This document shows positions 32,939 to 41,520 of a stretch of 64,000 nucleotides of DNA, in pieces. The DNA is from Alphaproteobacteria bacterium. GTDB lineage: Bacteria > Pseudomonadota > Alphaproteobacteria > RF32 > CAG-239. The stretch is taken from contig JAZKXV010000002.1 of the NCBI GenBank assembly GCA_045611785.1, forward strand, positions 3,455 to 67,454, written 5' to 3'. Positions within the stretch are counted from its first letter, which is position 1; each line of letters begins with the position of its first letter. Both the position numbers and the translations under genes were made by a program. The notes under the pieces are model-generated. The model had not been told where the DNA came from and searched no databases. It was given only the letters and a program-made list of their open reading frames with translations.

Positions 32939-33895
32939 ATGGAAACCATCAGCAACTTGTTTTCTCAACACGCTGTTTTATCACAAAACTGGATGTGGAC
33001 CATTTTTGGTATAAGTGTTATTTTGTTATTAGCACTCGATTTATTTATATTTAACCGCAAAAATGAAGAGCCAAATTTTTGGCACACACTTTGGATTTGC
33101 ATCTTTTATATTGTAATTGCACTTATTTTTGGTGTTTTTGTAATTTACGAAAAAGGTGCCGATTTAGGTATGGATTACTTTACGGGATATTTACTCGAAA
33201 AAAGTTTATCACTTGATAATATATTTGTAATGTCTATTATATTTAGTTCTGTTGGAGTTCCTGCAAAATACCAACATCGTGTTTTATTTTGGGGTATTTT
33301 AGGTGCTCTCATTATGCGTGGAATCATGATATATCTTGGTGAAGCTCTAATTTCTCGTTTTCACTGGACACTTTATATTTTTTCAGTTTTTCTTATCTAT
33401 ACTGGTGCAAAAATGCTTACTCACAAAGAAGGAGAACAAGCACCTTTCAAAGAAAGCAGATTATATAAAACATTATCAAAATTTTTCCATGTAACTCATG
33501 AACTTAAGGGTGAGCATTTTATAGTAAAAGAAAATGGAAAACATTTTATCACTCCATTGTTTTTTGCACTTATCATAATTGAAACAATGGATATAATATT
33601 TGCTTTTGATAGCATTCCTGCAATATTTTTAGTTACACAAGATATATTTGTAGTATACACCAGTAATATTTTTGCCATCCTTGGCTTAAGAGCTCTATAC
33701 TTCTTGCTAGCAGCTATAGTCAATAAATTCATTTATTTAAAACCAGCACTATCTGTTATTTTAATATTCATTGGCTGTAAAATATTTATGCCTATTTTTG
33801 GTGTTCATATTTTGCCATGGCAATCATTAACTATAACTTTCGGCTTATTGTTTGGAGCAATGATATTATCTCTTATTAAAGATAAAAAAGCTTAA
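32939..33895 (+). CDS. TerC/Alx-family metal homeostasis membrane protein
   Basis: EKSLSLDNIFV, QHRVLFWG, FAFDSIPA, SNIFAILGLRALY. Confidence 0.92.
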   Translation: METISNLFSQHAVLSQNWMWTIFGISVILLLALDLFIFNRKNEEPNFWHTLWICIFYIVIALIFGVFVIYEKGADLGMDYFTGYLLEKSLSLDNIFVMSIIFSSVGVPAKYQHRVLFWGILGALIMRGIMIYLGEALISRFHWTLYIFSVFLIYTGAKMLTHKEGEQAPFKESRLYKTLSKFFHVTHELKGEHFIVKENGKHFITPLFFALIIIETMDIIFAFDSIPAIFLVTQDIFVVYTSNIFAILGLRALYFLLAAIVNKFIYLKPALSVILIFIGCKIFMPIFGVHILPWQSLTITFGLLFGAMILSLIKDKKA

Positions 33896-33909
33896 AATAC
33901 AAAAACATA

Positions 33910-33941
33910 TAAAAAAAGCGGGAAAATTCCCGCTTTTTTTA
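33910..33941. terminator. Bidirectional intrinsic terminator
   Basis: aaaaaaagcgggaa-aa-ttcccgcttttttt. Confidence 0.88.
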
Positions 33942-35756
33942 TTAGAGTAATCCTTCACTCTTAGCCAACCTCTCAATTTCATCAATATATTCATTGATAA
34001 TAGAAAGGCCATTAGACCAAAATTCAGGACTATCAGCATCAATGCCAAATGGCTCAAGCAAACTCTTAAAGTCTTCGATACCTGTATTAGAGAGCATATC
34101 AATATACAGGTCTGCAAAACTCTCGCGAACTTCAAACTCGTTGTTTTCGTCCCAGTTTTCATAGGCTTTGATCAAGTTATTAACTACCAAACCTGCGAAA
34201 GCATATGAATAAACATAGTATGGCATGCCAAAAAGATGAGATATACCCATCCAGAGATACTCAGCATCTTCACCCACATCAAATCCCAAGCAACGCGAAG
34301 TTTCCTCTCGCCAAATCTTGTTCAATCTTGCAGTTGAAAGCTCACCCTTCTTACGCTCTTTATGGGTACGCTCTTCAAATTTAAAGAACGAAACTTGTCG
34401 GTGGATAGAGTTTACCATATCCTGTACACGAGAAATCAACAAAGCCAACTTCTCACGATCGGTTGTGCAATTTGCGAGTTGCTGACGGAACAACAAATTT
34501 TCAGCAAATTCTGACGCCACCTCGGCCAAAGCAGTAGGAGTAGTATCGTTCAACACACCTACTTGTGCTGACAACAGATGATGTACACCATGACCCAACT
34601 CGTGGGCAAACGTATTAGCATCATCTGGATCACCAGTAAAGTTCAACAAAATATATGGAACTTCACCTCTGATGCAGTAAGCGCCACTTGTCTTTCCCTT
34701 ACGTGGCGGAACATCAATAATACCACTATTGATGATTTGCGCCGCATAAGTTGCATATTCAAGCGAAAATTGCGCATATGCCTGTAGCACCTGCTGTACA
34801 CACTCCTCCCAAGAAATTTTCTTTGACTCAATTTCAACCGGATTGAAATTACGGTCTTCATAGTTGAGCTTATCGATATTTCCAATCTTAGCCACTAACT
34901 TGTAGAAGCGCTGTGAAATAGGGATATAAGAATCCACCACTTCGTTGACCATTGCCAACAAATCCTCTTTTGAGATGTGATTGTGTGATAAGCTTTCTGT
35001 TACTGGCTCGTCATGACCATAGAGTTCATCATCAATGCCTTTATCCTTCAAAATCATGTTATAACACATTGTAAGGATACGAGAGTTTTCTTTGTAAACC
35101 TTATTCATCTCAAGCATAGCACGACGACGATCTTCCGGAGACTTTGATCTTAGCTTCGCTCTTATTTCCGCTTCATTAAGGGTTTTACCCTTAAAACGGA
35201 ATTTCATACTAGCGCATGTTTCATCATACAAACGATCCCATGATGAAGAAACCAAGGACTTTTTGTTGATAATAAACGATGCGCCCTCGCTCAAAGACCA
35301 GTAGCCCACGAACAAAGTTCTCAACCACGAAATCCAACGCTGTAGCTTTGGATGATTCAAGAACTCAAGTTTCTTGTATTCTGACAGCGCATTAAGCTCA
35401 AAATGTATGAAGCTCAAGCTTTCAAAAGCGCGAGAAACCTCTTCATTAATTTTTGACTTAAACTGCGATACTGTCTCATCGGTTTTGTGCGTATCAGAGT
35501 AGAGAAACGCAAAATACGAGAGTTTACGACTGAGCTCAATGATGGTTTCATACTTGCGCAAAAGTATACTAAGCTCGTATGGAGCCAAACTTTCAATTGT
35601 GCCTCGGTAAAGTGCCACCTCTTTTGCAAGCTTACTTAACATTCTCTTATCCTCGTTAATTTGAGGATCATTCATGTCTGCATAAAATGCTACTGACAAA
35701 TCCCAACCCGGCAAATCCTTTGTCGAATTAGTCACCTGAACTTTTACTTCACTCAT
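33942..35756 (-). CDS. pepF: Oligoendopeptidase F (M3B family)
   Basis: HELGH zinc motif, GKTSGAYC, LAEVASEF, YYVYSYAF; start ATG 35756 because the track's TTG 35831 is the -35 box. Confidence 0.9.
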   Translation of the reverse strand: MSEVKVQVTNSTKDLPGWDLSVAFYADMNDPQINEDKRMLSKLAKEVALYRGTIESLAPYELSILLRKYETIIELSRKLSYFAFLYSDTHKTDETVSQFKSKINEEVSRAFESLSFIHFELNALSEYKKLEFLNHPKLQRWISWLRTLFVGYWSLSEGASFIINKKSLVSSSWDRLYDETCASMKFRFKGKTLNEAEIRAKLRSKSPEDRRRAMLEMNKVYKENSRILTMCYNMILKDKGIDDELYGHDEPVTESLSHNHISKEDLLAMVNEVVDSYIPISQRFYKLVAKIGNIDKLNYEDRNFNPVEIESKKISWEECVQQVLQAYAQFSLEYATYAAQIINSGIIDVPPRKGKTSGAYCIRGEVPYILLNFTGDPDDANTFAHELGHGVHHLLSAQVGVLNDTTPTALAEVASEFAENLLFRQQLANCTTDREKLALLISRVQDMVNSIHRQVSFFKFEERTHKERKKGELSTARLNKIWREETSRCLGFDVGEDAEYLWMGISHLFGMPYYVYSYAFAGLVVNNLIKAYENWDENNEFEVRESFADLYIDMLSNTGIEDFKSLLEPFGIDADSPEFWSNGLSIINEYIDEIERLAKSEGLL

Positions 35757-35802
35757 AATAGGAAAATTAATTAATTTGACATAAAAAGTTATTATCTCTA
35801 AT

Positions 35803-35831
35803 AAAGTACTATTATATGCAATAAAAGTCAA
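35803..35831 (-). promoter_or_regulatory. sigma70-type promoter TTGACT-17-TACTTT
   Basis: Direct match upstream of pepF. Confidence 0.6.
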
Positions 35832-35927
35832 GAAAATTTAAAATATAATTTGACATTTTCACATTAATTAGACAAATAAAGAACTTGTATCATCTATAAT
35901 GTTGTTAAATAAGTTATATTTAACAAT

Positions 35928-35963
35928 AAAAAACACCCACATTGAATATGTGGGTGTTTTTTT
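35928..35963 (-). terminator. Intrinsic terminator after tolB
   Basis: aaaaaacacccaca ... tgtgggtgtttttt. Confidence 0.85.
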
Positions 35964-35972
35964 ATTTACATA

Positions 35973-37298
35973 CTATTGAGGTAATAGTGGTGACCATGCC
36001 GGATCTGATCCTTCTGCAGGTGTTACGACCATACGTTCATTATAACCACTGACATCGATTGTATATAAACGTACAGGAGCATTTTTGCGAGATGTTCCTT
36101 GATCTTGCTTAAAGTACATCAATACACGGCCATTAGGTGACCATGTAGGGCCTTCTACCAAATAGCCACTGGCAAGCAAACGCTCTCCGGATCCGTCCGG
36201 ATGCATTACACCAATATAAAACTGTCCGCCAGACATTTTTGTAAATGCAATATAATCGCCTCTAGGTGACCAAACTGGCGTAGCATAGCGACCTTTTCCA
36301 AAGCTTATACGTTCAACATTTGAACCGTCTGCATTCATGATATACAATTGCTGATTACCACCTCTGTCTGAGTTGAAAATAATCTTTTCACCATCTGGAG
36401 AATATGTCGGAGAAGTATCAATTGCCGGATGTCTGGTTAGTTGTTTACTTGTTTTTCTAACTAAATCCATTTCATAAATTTCCGTATTACCATTATTGGC
36501 AAAAGATAATAAAACTTTTTTACTATCAGGAGAAAATACAGGGGCAAAAGTCATACCTGGGAAATTTCCTAAAAGCTCTTGTTTGCCTGTTTCAACATCC
36601 ATCACATATACTTTCGGAGCAGAACCGGAAAATGATAAATATGTAACTTTTTGCAAATTAGGAGAAAATCTTGGAGTTAATGCCATTGCTGCGCCGGAAG
36701 TTAAAAATCTATGATTTTCACCATCTTGGTCCATAATAGCTAATCTTTTAACTCTTTTAGTTGCAGGACCACTTTCGGAAATATATACAATACGGCTATC
36801 AAAATATCCTTTTTCTCCAGTTAATCTTTCATAGATAGAATCTGATATAATATGTGCAATACGACGCCAGTTGCTCTTTGTTGTTGTATATGACTGACCG
36901 TGTAACTGAGTACCGGCAACAACATCCCAAAGCCTAAATTCAACTTTTAATTTTCCATCAGAATTTTCTGTTACTGAAGATTGTATCAATGCATGACTTT
37001 TAATTACTTGCCAATCTACAAATGAAGGTTTTTGGTCTATCGATTCCAATTCTTCAATGTAGCTGTTTTCATCAATTAATCTGAACAAACCGCTTCTTTC
37101 CAAATCGGCTAATACCACATCTCTAATTTTATCGGCATATGTACCAAACCATTGTGCACTGGTTGTTTTATCTATCATTTCCGGAAATGCTATAGGCATT
37201 GGTTCACGTGTTGCACCGGTAACATTAATTTCGAGCTCTGCACGAGCAGGTATTGCAAAAAAGCAAAACAAACAAGCAATTAAAACTTTAATTTTCAT
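35973..37298 (-). CDS. tolB: Tol-Pal beta-propeller protein TolB
   Basis: Signal peptide, GYFDSRIVY, repeated P.WSP.G propeller blades. Confidence 0.95.
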   Translation of the reverse strand: MKIKVLIACLFCFFAIPARAELEINVTGATREPMPIAFPEMIDKTTSAQWFGTYADKIRDVVLADLERSGLFRLIDENSYIEELESIDQKPSFVDWQVIKSHALIQSSVTENSDGKLKVEFRLWDVVAGTQLHGQSYTTTKSNWRRIAHIISDSIYERLTGEKGYFDSRIVYISESGPATKRVKRLAIMDQDGENHRFLTSGAAMALTPRFSPNLQKVTYLSFSGSAPKVYVMDVETGKQELLGNFPGMTFAPVFSPDSKKVLLSFANNGNTEIYEMDLVRKTSKQLTRHPAIDTSPTYSPDGEKIIFNSDRGGNQQLYIMNADGSNVERISFGKGRYATPVWSPRGDYIAFTKMSGGQFYIGVMHPDGSGERLLASGYLVEGPTWSPNGRVLMYFKQDQGTSRKNAPVRLYTIDVSGYNERMVVTPAEGSDPAWSPLLPQ

Positions 37299-37388
37299 AT
37301 CGACACCTTAATATTTTAAAATACATGGTGTTATAATAACTTTATATTGTTAAAAATCAATTAGCAATAAAGTATATTTTTTAAAACT

Positions 37389-37940
37389 TTAAGGTACTAT
37401 ATTAATTTTGGTTCCTATTTGTGTATAAGACCATAATTCTTCAATTTCATTATTTTTAAGACCCATACTGCCATCAGTCCAATCCTTGCCATGCAAAAAC
37501 ATATTTCCCATCCAATCAGGATATACGCAAGGATATCCGTGAATGTAAATACTTTCTGACAATTCAACTCTTCTGTTTCTTGCATCTATAACATCTTTTT
37601 TACTCGGATAAGAAATTTGTATAGCGTAAAGATTTTCACTATCTTTATGTTTATCAACAATTGCATATGTACCTTCAGGCGTCTTTCCATCGCCTGTTTG
37701 CATTTTGTTACCAACCGGATTCGAACCTAAAGAAACATCATAAACTGCCACTACTTTATTTCCTGAAAACAGGGTCATTTTACGCAAAGACTTTTCGACA
37801 ACAATTTGGTCGACTACCACGGCATGTCCTTCTTTAGGCGCAAATTTAGGAATATAATATGAAGCAAAATACCAACCTAAATAAGCATCAAAGCAAAAGA
37901 AAACTATCAAAATACTCCATAATATTTTATTTTTTTTCAT
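37389..37940 (-). CDS. YkuD-family L,D-transpeptidase-like protein, catalytic Cys replaced by Ser
   Basis: GDGKTPEGTY, ISYP, IHG, DWTDG-S-MGL (family consensus DWTxGCIA). Confidence 0.85.
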   Translation of the reverse strand: MKKNKILWSILIVFFCFDAYLGWYFASYYIPKFAPKEGHAVVVDQIVVEKSLRKMTLFSGNKVVAVYDVSLGSNPVGNKMQTGDGKTPEGTYAIVDKHKDSENLYAIQISYPSKKDVIDARNRRVELSESIYIHGYPCVYPDWMGNMFLHGKDWTDGSMGLKNNEIEELWSYTQIGTKINIVP

Positions 37941-38376
37941 ATTTTACAACTTTCAATATCACTCCATTTTCAACACCAACAACTTTAACTTTATCTCCTG
38001 TTTTTAAATCTTCATCTGTTTGTGTTTCAACAAGCCAAAAAGTATCTCCAACTTTTGCTTTTGCCCTGCCATCAACAACGTCTTGGCTCAATGGATATAC
38101 CTTGCCTATATGAGAACCGGCAATATCATTTAAATATTTATTTTTACCAGAAGCTTTCTTTAATATTTTACTATAAACCCACCATCCGAAAGCAGAATAT
38201 AAACCTGATATTAAAGCAAATATAACGACTGTTTCAGTAGGTGTTAATTCGATAAAGTTAACCAATGCTCCCATAGTAAAAGAAGCAAAACCAAACCAAA
38301 TTAAATATGTTCCAGGTACAAACAATTCAAAAATTGCAAAAATTAAACCTAAAGTAAACCAACCTAAATAATCCAT
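37927..38376 (-). CDS. NfeD-family (YbbJ-like) membrane protein
   Basis: ELFVPG.YL.WFG; C-terminal OB fold; paired with SPFH gene. Confidence 0.88.
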   Translation of the reverse strand: MDYLGWFTLGLIFAIFELFVPGTYLIWFGFASFTMGALVNFIELTPTETVVIFALISGLYSAFGWWVYSKILKKASGKNKYLNDIAGSHIGKVYPLSQDVVDGRAKAKVGDTFWLVETQTDEDLKTGDKVKVVGVENGVILKVVKYEKK

Positions 38377-38463
38377 TGTATAGTCCTATCAAAATTCTTA
38401 CATTATCCTATCAGTAACACATTATAAGGAGACATAAAAAGCCTCCTTATAATACTTAAAAAT

Positions 38464-39402
38464 CTATTTCTTTGCCATTACTTCTTTAGCAATTTCAGCA
38501 ATACCTGCCAAAGCTCCAGCAACATTTGTTGTGTCTGTAGGCAACATCAAAAGCTTTTGGTTTGGTGAGGTTATAATACCTTGTAAAGCTTCAATATATT
38601 TTTGACCTAAGAAGTAATTAAGAGCTTGAGGGTTACCATCTCTTATAGCATCAGAAACCATCTTTGTTGCTTGTGCTTCAGCCAATGCTAGACGTTCTCT
38701 GGCTTCTGCTTCTCTGTATGCAGCCTCTTTTTGCGCATCAGCAATCAAAATTGCTGATTGTTTTTGTGCTTCGGCTGCTAAAATTGCTGATTGTTTTTCA
38801 CCTTCAGCTTTTAAAATCTCAGATTGTCTGATACCTTCAGCCTCTAAAATATTAGCACGTTTATCACGTTCAGCTTTCATCTGACGAGCCATAGAATCAA
38901 TCAAATCTGCAGGAGGAGTAATATCTTTAATTTCAACACGAGTTACCTTAACACCCCATGGCACAGTTGCTTCATCGACAACAGAAAGAAGTTTATGATT
39001 AATATCATCACGTTGAGATAAAAGCTCATCAATTTCCATAGAACCAATCACTGTTCTGATATTGGTCATAATCAAATTTAAAATTGCGACATTTAAGTTG
39101 TTTACCTGATATGCGGCATTAGCAGCATTTTGAATTTGGAAAAACAAAACGCCATCAACTCTAACCATAGCATTGTCTTTTGTGATAACATCTTGTGACG
39201 GAACATCTAAAACTTGTTCCATACGGCTAACTTTTGCCCCGATTTTTTCAATAATCGGAACCACTAAATTAAGACCTGGAGAAAGCGTCCTTGTATATTT
39301 ACCTAATGTTTCAACTGTCCACTCATATCCTTGAGGCACAATTTTAACAGATGACGCCAAAGCAATAAACGCAAATATCAACAATACAATTGCAAATTCC
39401 AT
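38464..39402 (-). CDS. qmcA: SPFH/band-7 protein (QmcA/YbbK-like)
   Basis: QDVITKDNA, WGVKVTRVEIKDI, QMKAER; AAGGAG SD before ATG 39402. Confidence 0.9.
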   Translation of the reverse strand: MEFAIVLLIFAFIALASSVKIVPQGYEWTVETLGKYTRTLSPGLNLVVPIIEKIGAKVSRMEQVLDVPSQDVITKDNAMVRVDGVLFFQIQNAANAAYQVNNLNVAILNLIMTNIRTVIGSMEIDELLSQRDDINHKLLSVVDEATVPWGVKVTRVEIKDITPPADLIDSMARQMKAERDKRANILEAEGIRQSEILKAEGEKQSAILAAEAQKQSAILIADAQKEAAYREAEARERLALAEAQATKMVSDAIRDGNPQALNYFLGQKYIEALQGIITSPNQKLLMLPTDTTNVAGALAGIAEIAKEVMAKK

Positions 39403-39503
39403 AATATTTCTCCTTAAAAAATAATAAATTATGCATAACAATACAACATTTATGTCACTTTTAGCAATCTAAATATTGATGTTTTCAACCTGTTTTTAAA
39501 ACA

Positions 39504-39533
39504 AAAATCTCCTTGATTAAACAAGGAGATTTT
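39504..39533 (-). terminator. Intrinsic terminator, paralog copy 1
   Basis: aaaatctccttg-N6-caaggagatttt. Confidence 0.8.
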
Positions 39534-39541
39534 AACAACTT

Positions 39542-39865
39542 TTACTCTTCAGACAATGCTTCAAGAAAACCCGAATAAACACTTTCCCATTTTGAATAGT
39601 ACTGTTCTTCACGATATGAGCAACAACCTTCAGGACGATTAAGAAGAATCATCCATTTTAAATATTCTTGCAAACATTCTTTTTTATCGTCTGACAAGGT
39701 AGGAACAATTACAGATTTAAAATACCTTAACTGTTCATCGTTTGTGTCTTCCAAAGCCCTAGGCAGCACTAAGATAACACTTTCAAACACTCTTTCACCT
39801 TCAGTTCTCTTAGCCTCTATCGACGCTATACCTAAAAAGAGTTTCAAATAATTTAGCAGCTTCAT
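39542..39865 (-). CDS. Small hypothetical protein, paralog of 40967..41299
   Basis: Hand alignment 32/107 identities with one 2-aa gap. Confidence 0.8.
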   Translation of the reverse strand: MKLLNYLKLFLGIASIEAKRTEGERVFESVILVLPRALEDTNDEQLRYFKSVIVPTLSDDKKECLQEYLKWMILLNRPEGCCSYREEQYYSKWESVYSGFLEALSEE

Positions 39866-39924
39866 AATTTCTAAATGATTTAAATTAACTGTTTTATATT
39901 ACCACTTTGCTTAAAACAGTCAAG

Positions 39925-40860
39925 TTAAATCATTTTAATACTTTCTGCAGCATTTTTCATTGCCTTAGCACTTTGCTCTAATTTCAAAACTTCATAATCG
40001 CTTAGTTTAGGCATAATTGTATTCACAGCACCTTTTTTGCCCACAATTGTCGGCAATGATAAACAGACATCTTTAATACCGCATACATCTTCATGACACA
40101 CCGAAACTGTTAGTATTTGTTTTTTATCTTTAGTTATTGCTTCACAAATTTTAACAATTGAGGCAGCAATGCCATAATATGTTGCTTTTTTTCCACGATA
40201 GATTTTAAAACCGGCATCAATAACATCTGCAGCAATCTGATTTTTTAATTCTGCCGTTAAATCTTTACCTACAGATTTTGCATAATTTTCAATACCCATT
40301 CCCCCAATACTTGCTGTTGACCATGCCATTAAAGAAGAAGCACCATGCTCACCAAAGACATCTGCATGAATAGATGTTGGTGAAATATTAAAATATTCTC
40401 CTAACATTGTACGGAATCTGGCTGTATCCAGAACTGTGCCTGAACCAATAACTTTTTCTTTTGCAAAACTCGTCATATCCAACACACATTTTGTAATTAC
40501 ATCAACAGGGTTTGTTGCAATGAGAATTATACAATCAGGAGCATATTTAACAATTTGCGGAACAATTTGTTCCATTATTTTCACATTACTTTCAAGTAAG
40601 GCTAATCTATTATCTGTTAAAGCTTTCTGACTATCTACCGTAACTATAACAATATCAGAGTTCTTTATATCAGCATACCCACCATTATAAATGTTGCATT
40701 CTGAATTAAGCGCAGATGCGTGTAAAACATCTAACGCCTCTGCCTGTGCTTTTACTTCATTAATATCTACAAGCACAAGTTCATGTGCCAAAGATTTCAT
40801 CATTAATGTATAAGCTGTTGTGCTTCCGACAAATCCGGCTCCGATTATTGATATCTTCAT
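39925..40860 (-). CDS. ldh: L-lactate dehydrogenase-family 2-hydroxyacid dehydrogenase
   Basis: GAGFVG, TNPVD, GSGTVLDTARFR, GEHG; substrate loop atypical. Confidence 0.85.
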   Translation of the reverse strand: MKISIIGAGFVGSTTAYTLMMKSLAHELVLVDINEVKAQAEALDVLHASALNSECNIYNGGYADIKNSDIVIVTVDSQKALTDNRLALLESNVKIMEQIVPQIVKYAPDCIILIATNPVDVITKCVLDMTSFAKEKVIGSGTVLDTARFRTMLGEYFNISPTSIHADVFGEHGASSLMAWSTASIGGMGIENYAKSVGKDLTAELKNQIAADVIDAGFKIYRGKKATYYGIAASIVKICEAITKDKKQILTVSVCHEDVCGIKDVCLSLPTIVGKKGAVNTIMPKLSDYEVLKLEQSAKAMKNAAESIKMI

Positions 40861-40931
40861 AAATTCAAACTCCTTAACATTATTAGCCTTATTACACTTT
40901 TACAAACAACTAAAAAATTTTATTACAAAAA

Positions 40932-40957
40932 AATATCCTTGGACAATCAAGGATATT
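40932..40957 (-). terminator. Intrinsic terminator, paralog copy 2
   Basis: aatatccttg-N6-caaggatatt followed by a T run on the minus strand. Confidence 0.75.
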
Positions 40958-40966
40958 AAGAGTGAA

Positions 40967-41299
40967 CTAAAGCACTTCCAGTAAGGCATTCAGATATAAT
41001 CTGTATACGTTACAATGCTTGTTGCAGTACTGCTCTTCATAATGGGTTAAATTGCCGTCACCGTCAGCAGTAAATATCTCTATCATTTCTTCAAAATGAC
41101 ATCTAAGACATATGATTTCTGCTTTTGTAAGTTTTTTAGATACAATTTTCTTAAAAAGAGAAATTTGCTCTTCGGTAGCATGTTCAAATGGACCTGTAAG
41201 ATACTTCTCAATTTTACACATAACGACAAACCCTTCATCTCGTTTTGTTTTCTGAGATGCCCAACCATGTAGCACACAAAATTTTGTAAATATATTCAT
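40967..41299 (-). CDS. Small hypothetical protein, paralog of 39542..39865
   Basis: Shared GxAS..KRxEG, EQ..FK, CL, MI, EEQY..K..VY motifs. Confidence 0.8.
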   Translation of the reverse strand: MNIFTKFCVLHGWASQKTKRDEGFVVMCKIEKYLTGPFEHATEEQISLFKKIVSKKLTKAEIICLRCHFEEMIEIFTADGDGNLTHYEEQYCNKHCNVYRLYLNALLEVL

Positions 41300-41344
41300 A
41301 ATGATATTCTTTAGTTATTTGCATAATTATTATTTTGTTCAAAA

Positions 41345-41373
41345 AAACTATAATAATTAATTTATTGTGTCAA
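41345..41373 (-). promoter_or_regulatory. sigma70-type promoter TTGACA-17-TAGTTT
   Basis: Direct match upstream of ATG 41299. Confidence 0.55.
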
Positions 41374-41520
41374 GTAATATAAACCCTTTCTTTAGCCTAA
41401 ATAACAAACACCATTATATGTCTTAAAAAACATGATGTTTTTATTGTAATTTAGAAAAATATTAATATTTTTAATCGATACTAAAGACTAATTTGTAACC
41501 TATTATGTAAAGAGAAAAAC

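Noticed and set aside
35757-35831. N-terminal extension of pepF from TTG 35831
   Set aside because: That TTG is the -35 box; the extension is AT-rich leader sequence
38421-38453. Hairpin between qmcA and nfeD as a terminator or ncRNA
   Set aside because: No U-tract on the coding strand; probably an ordinary intercistronic stem
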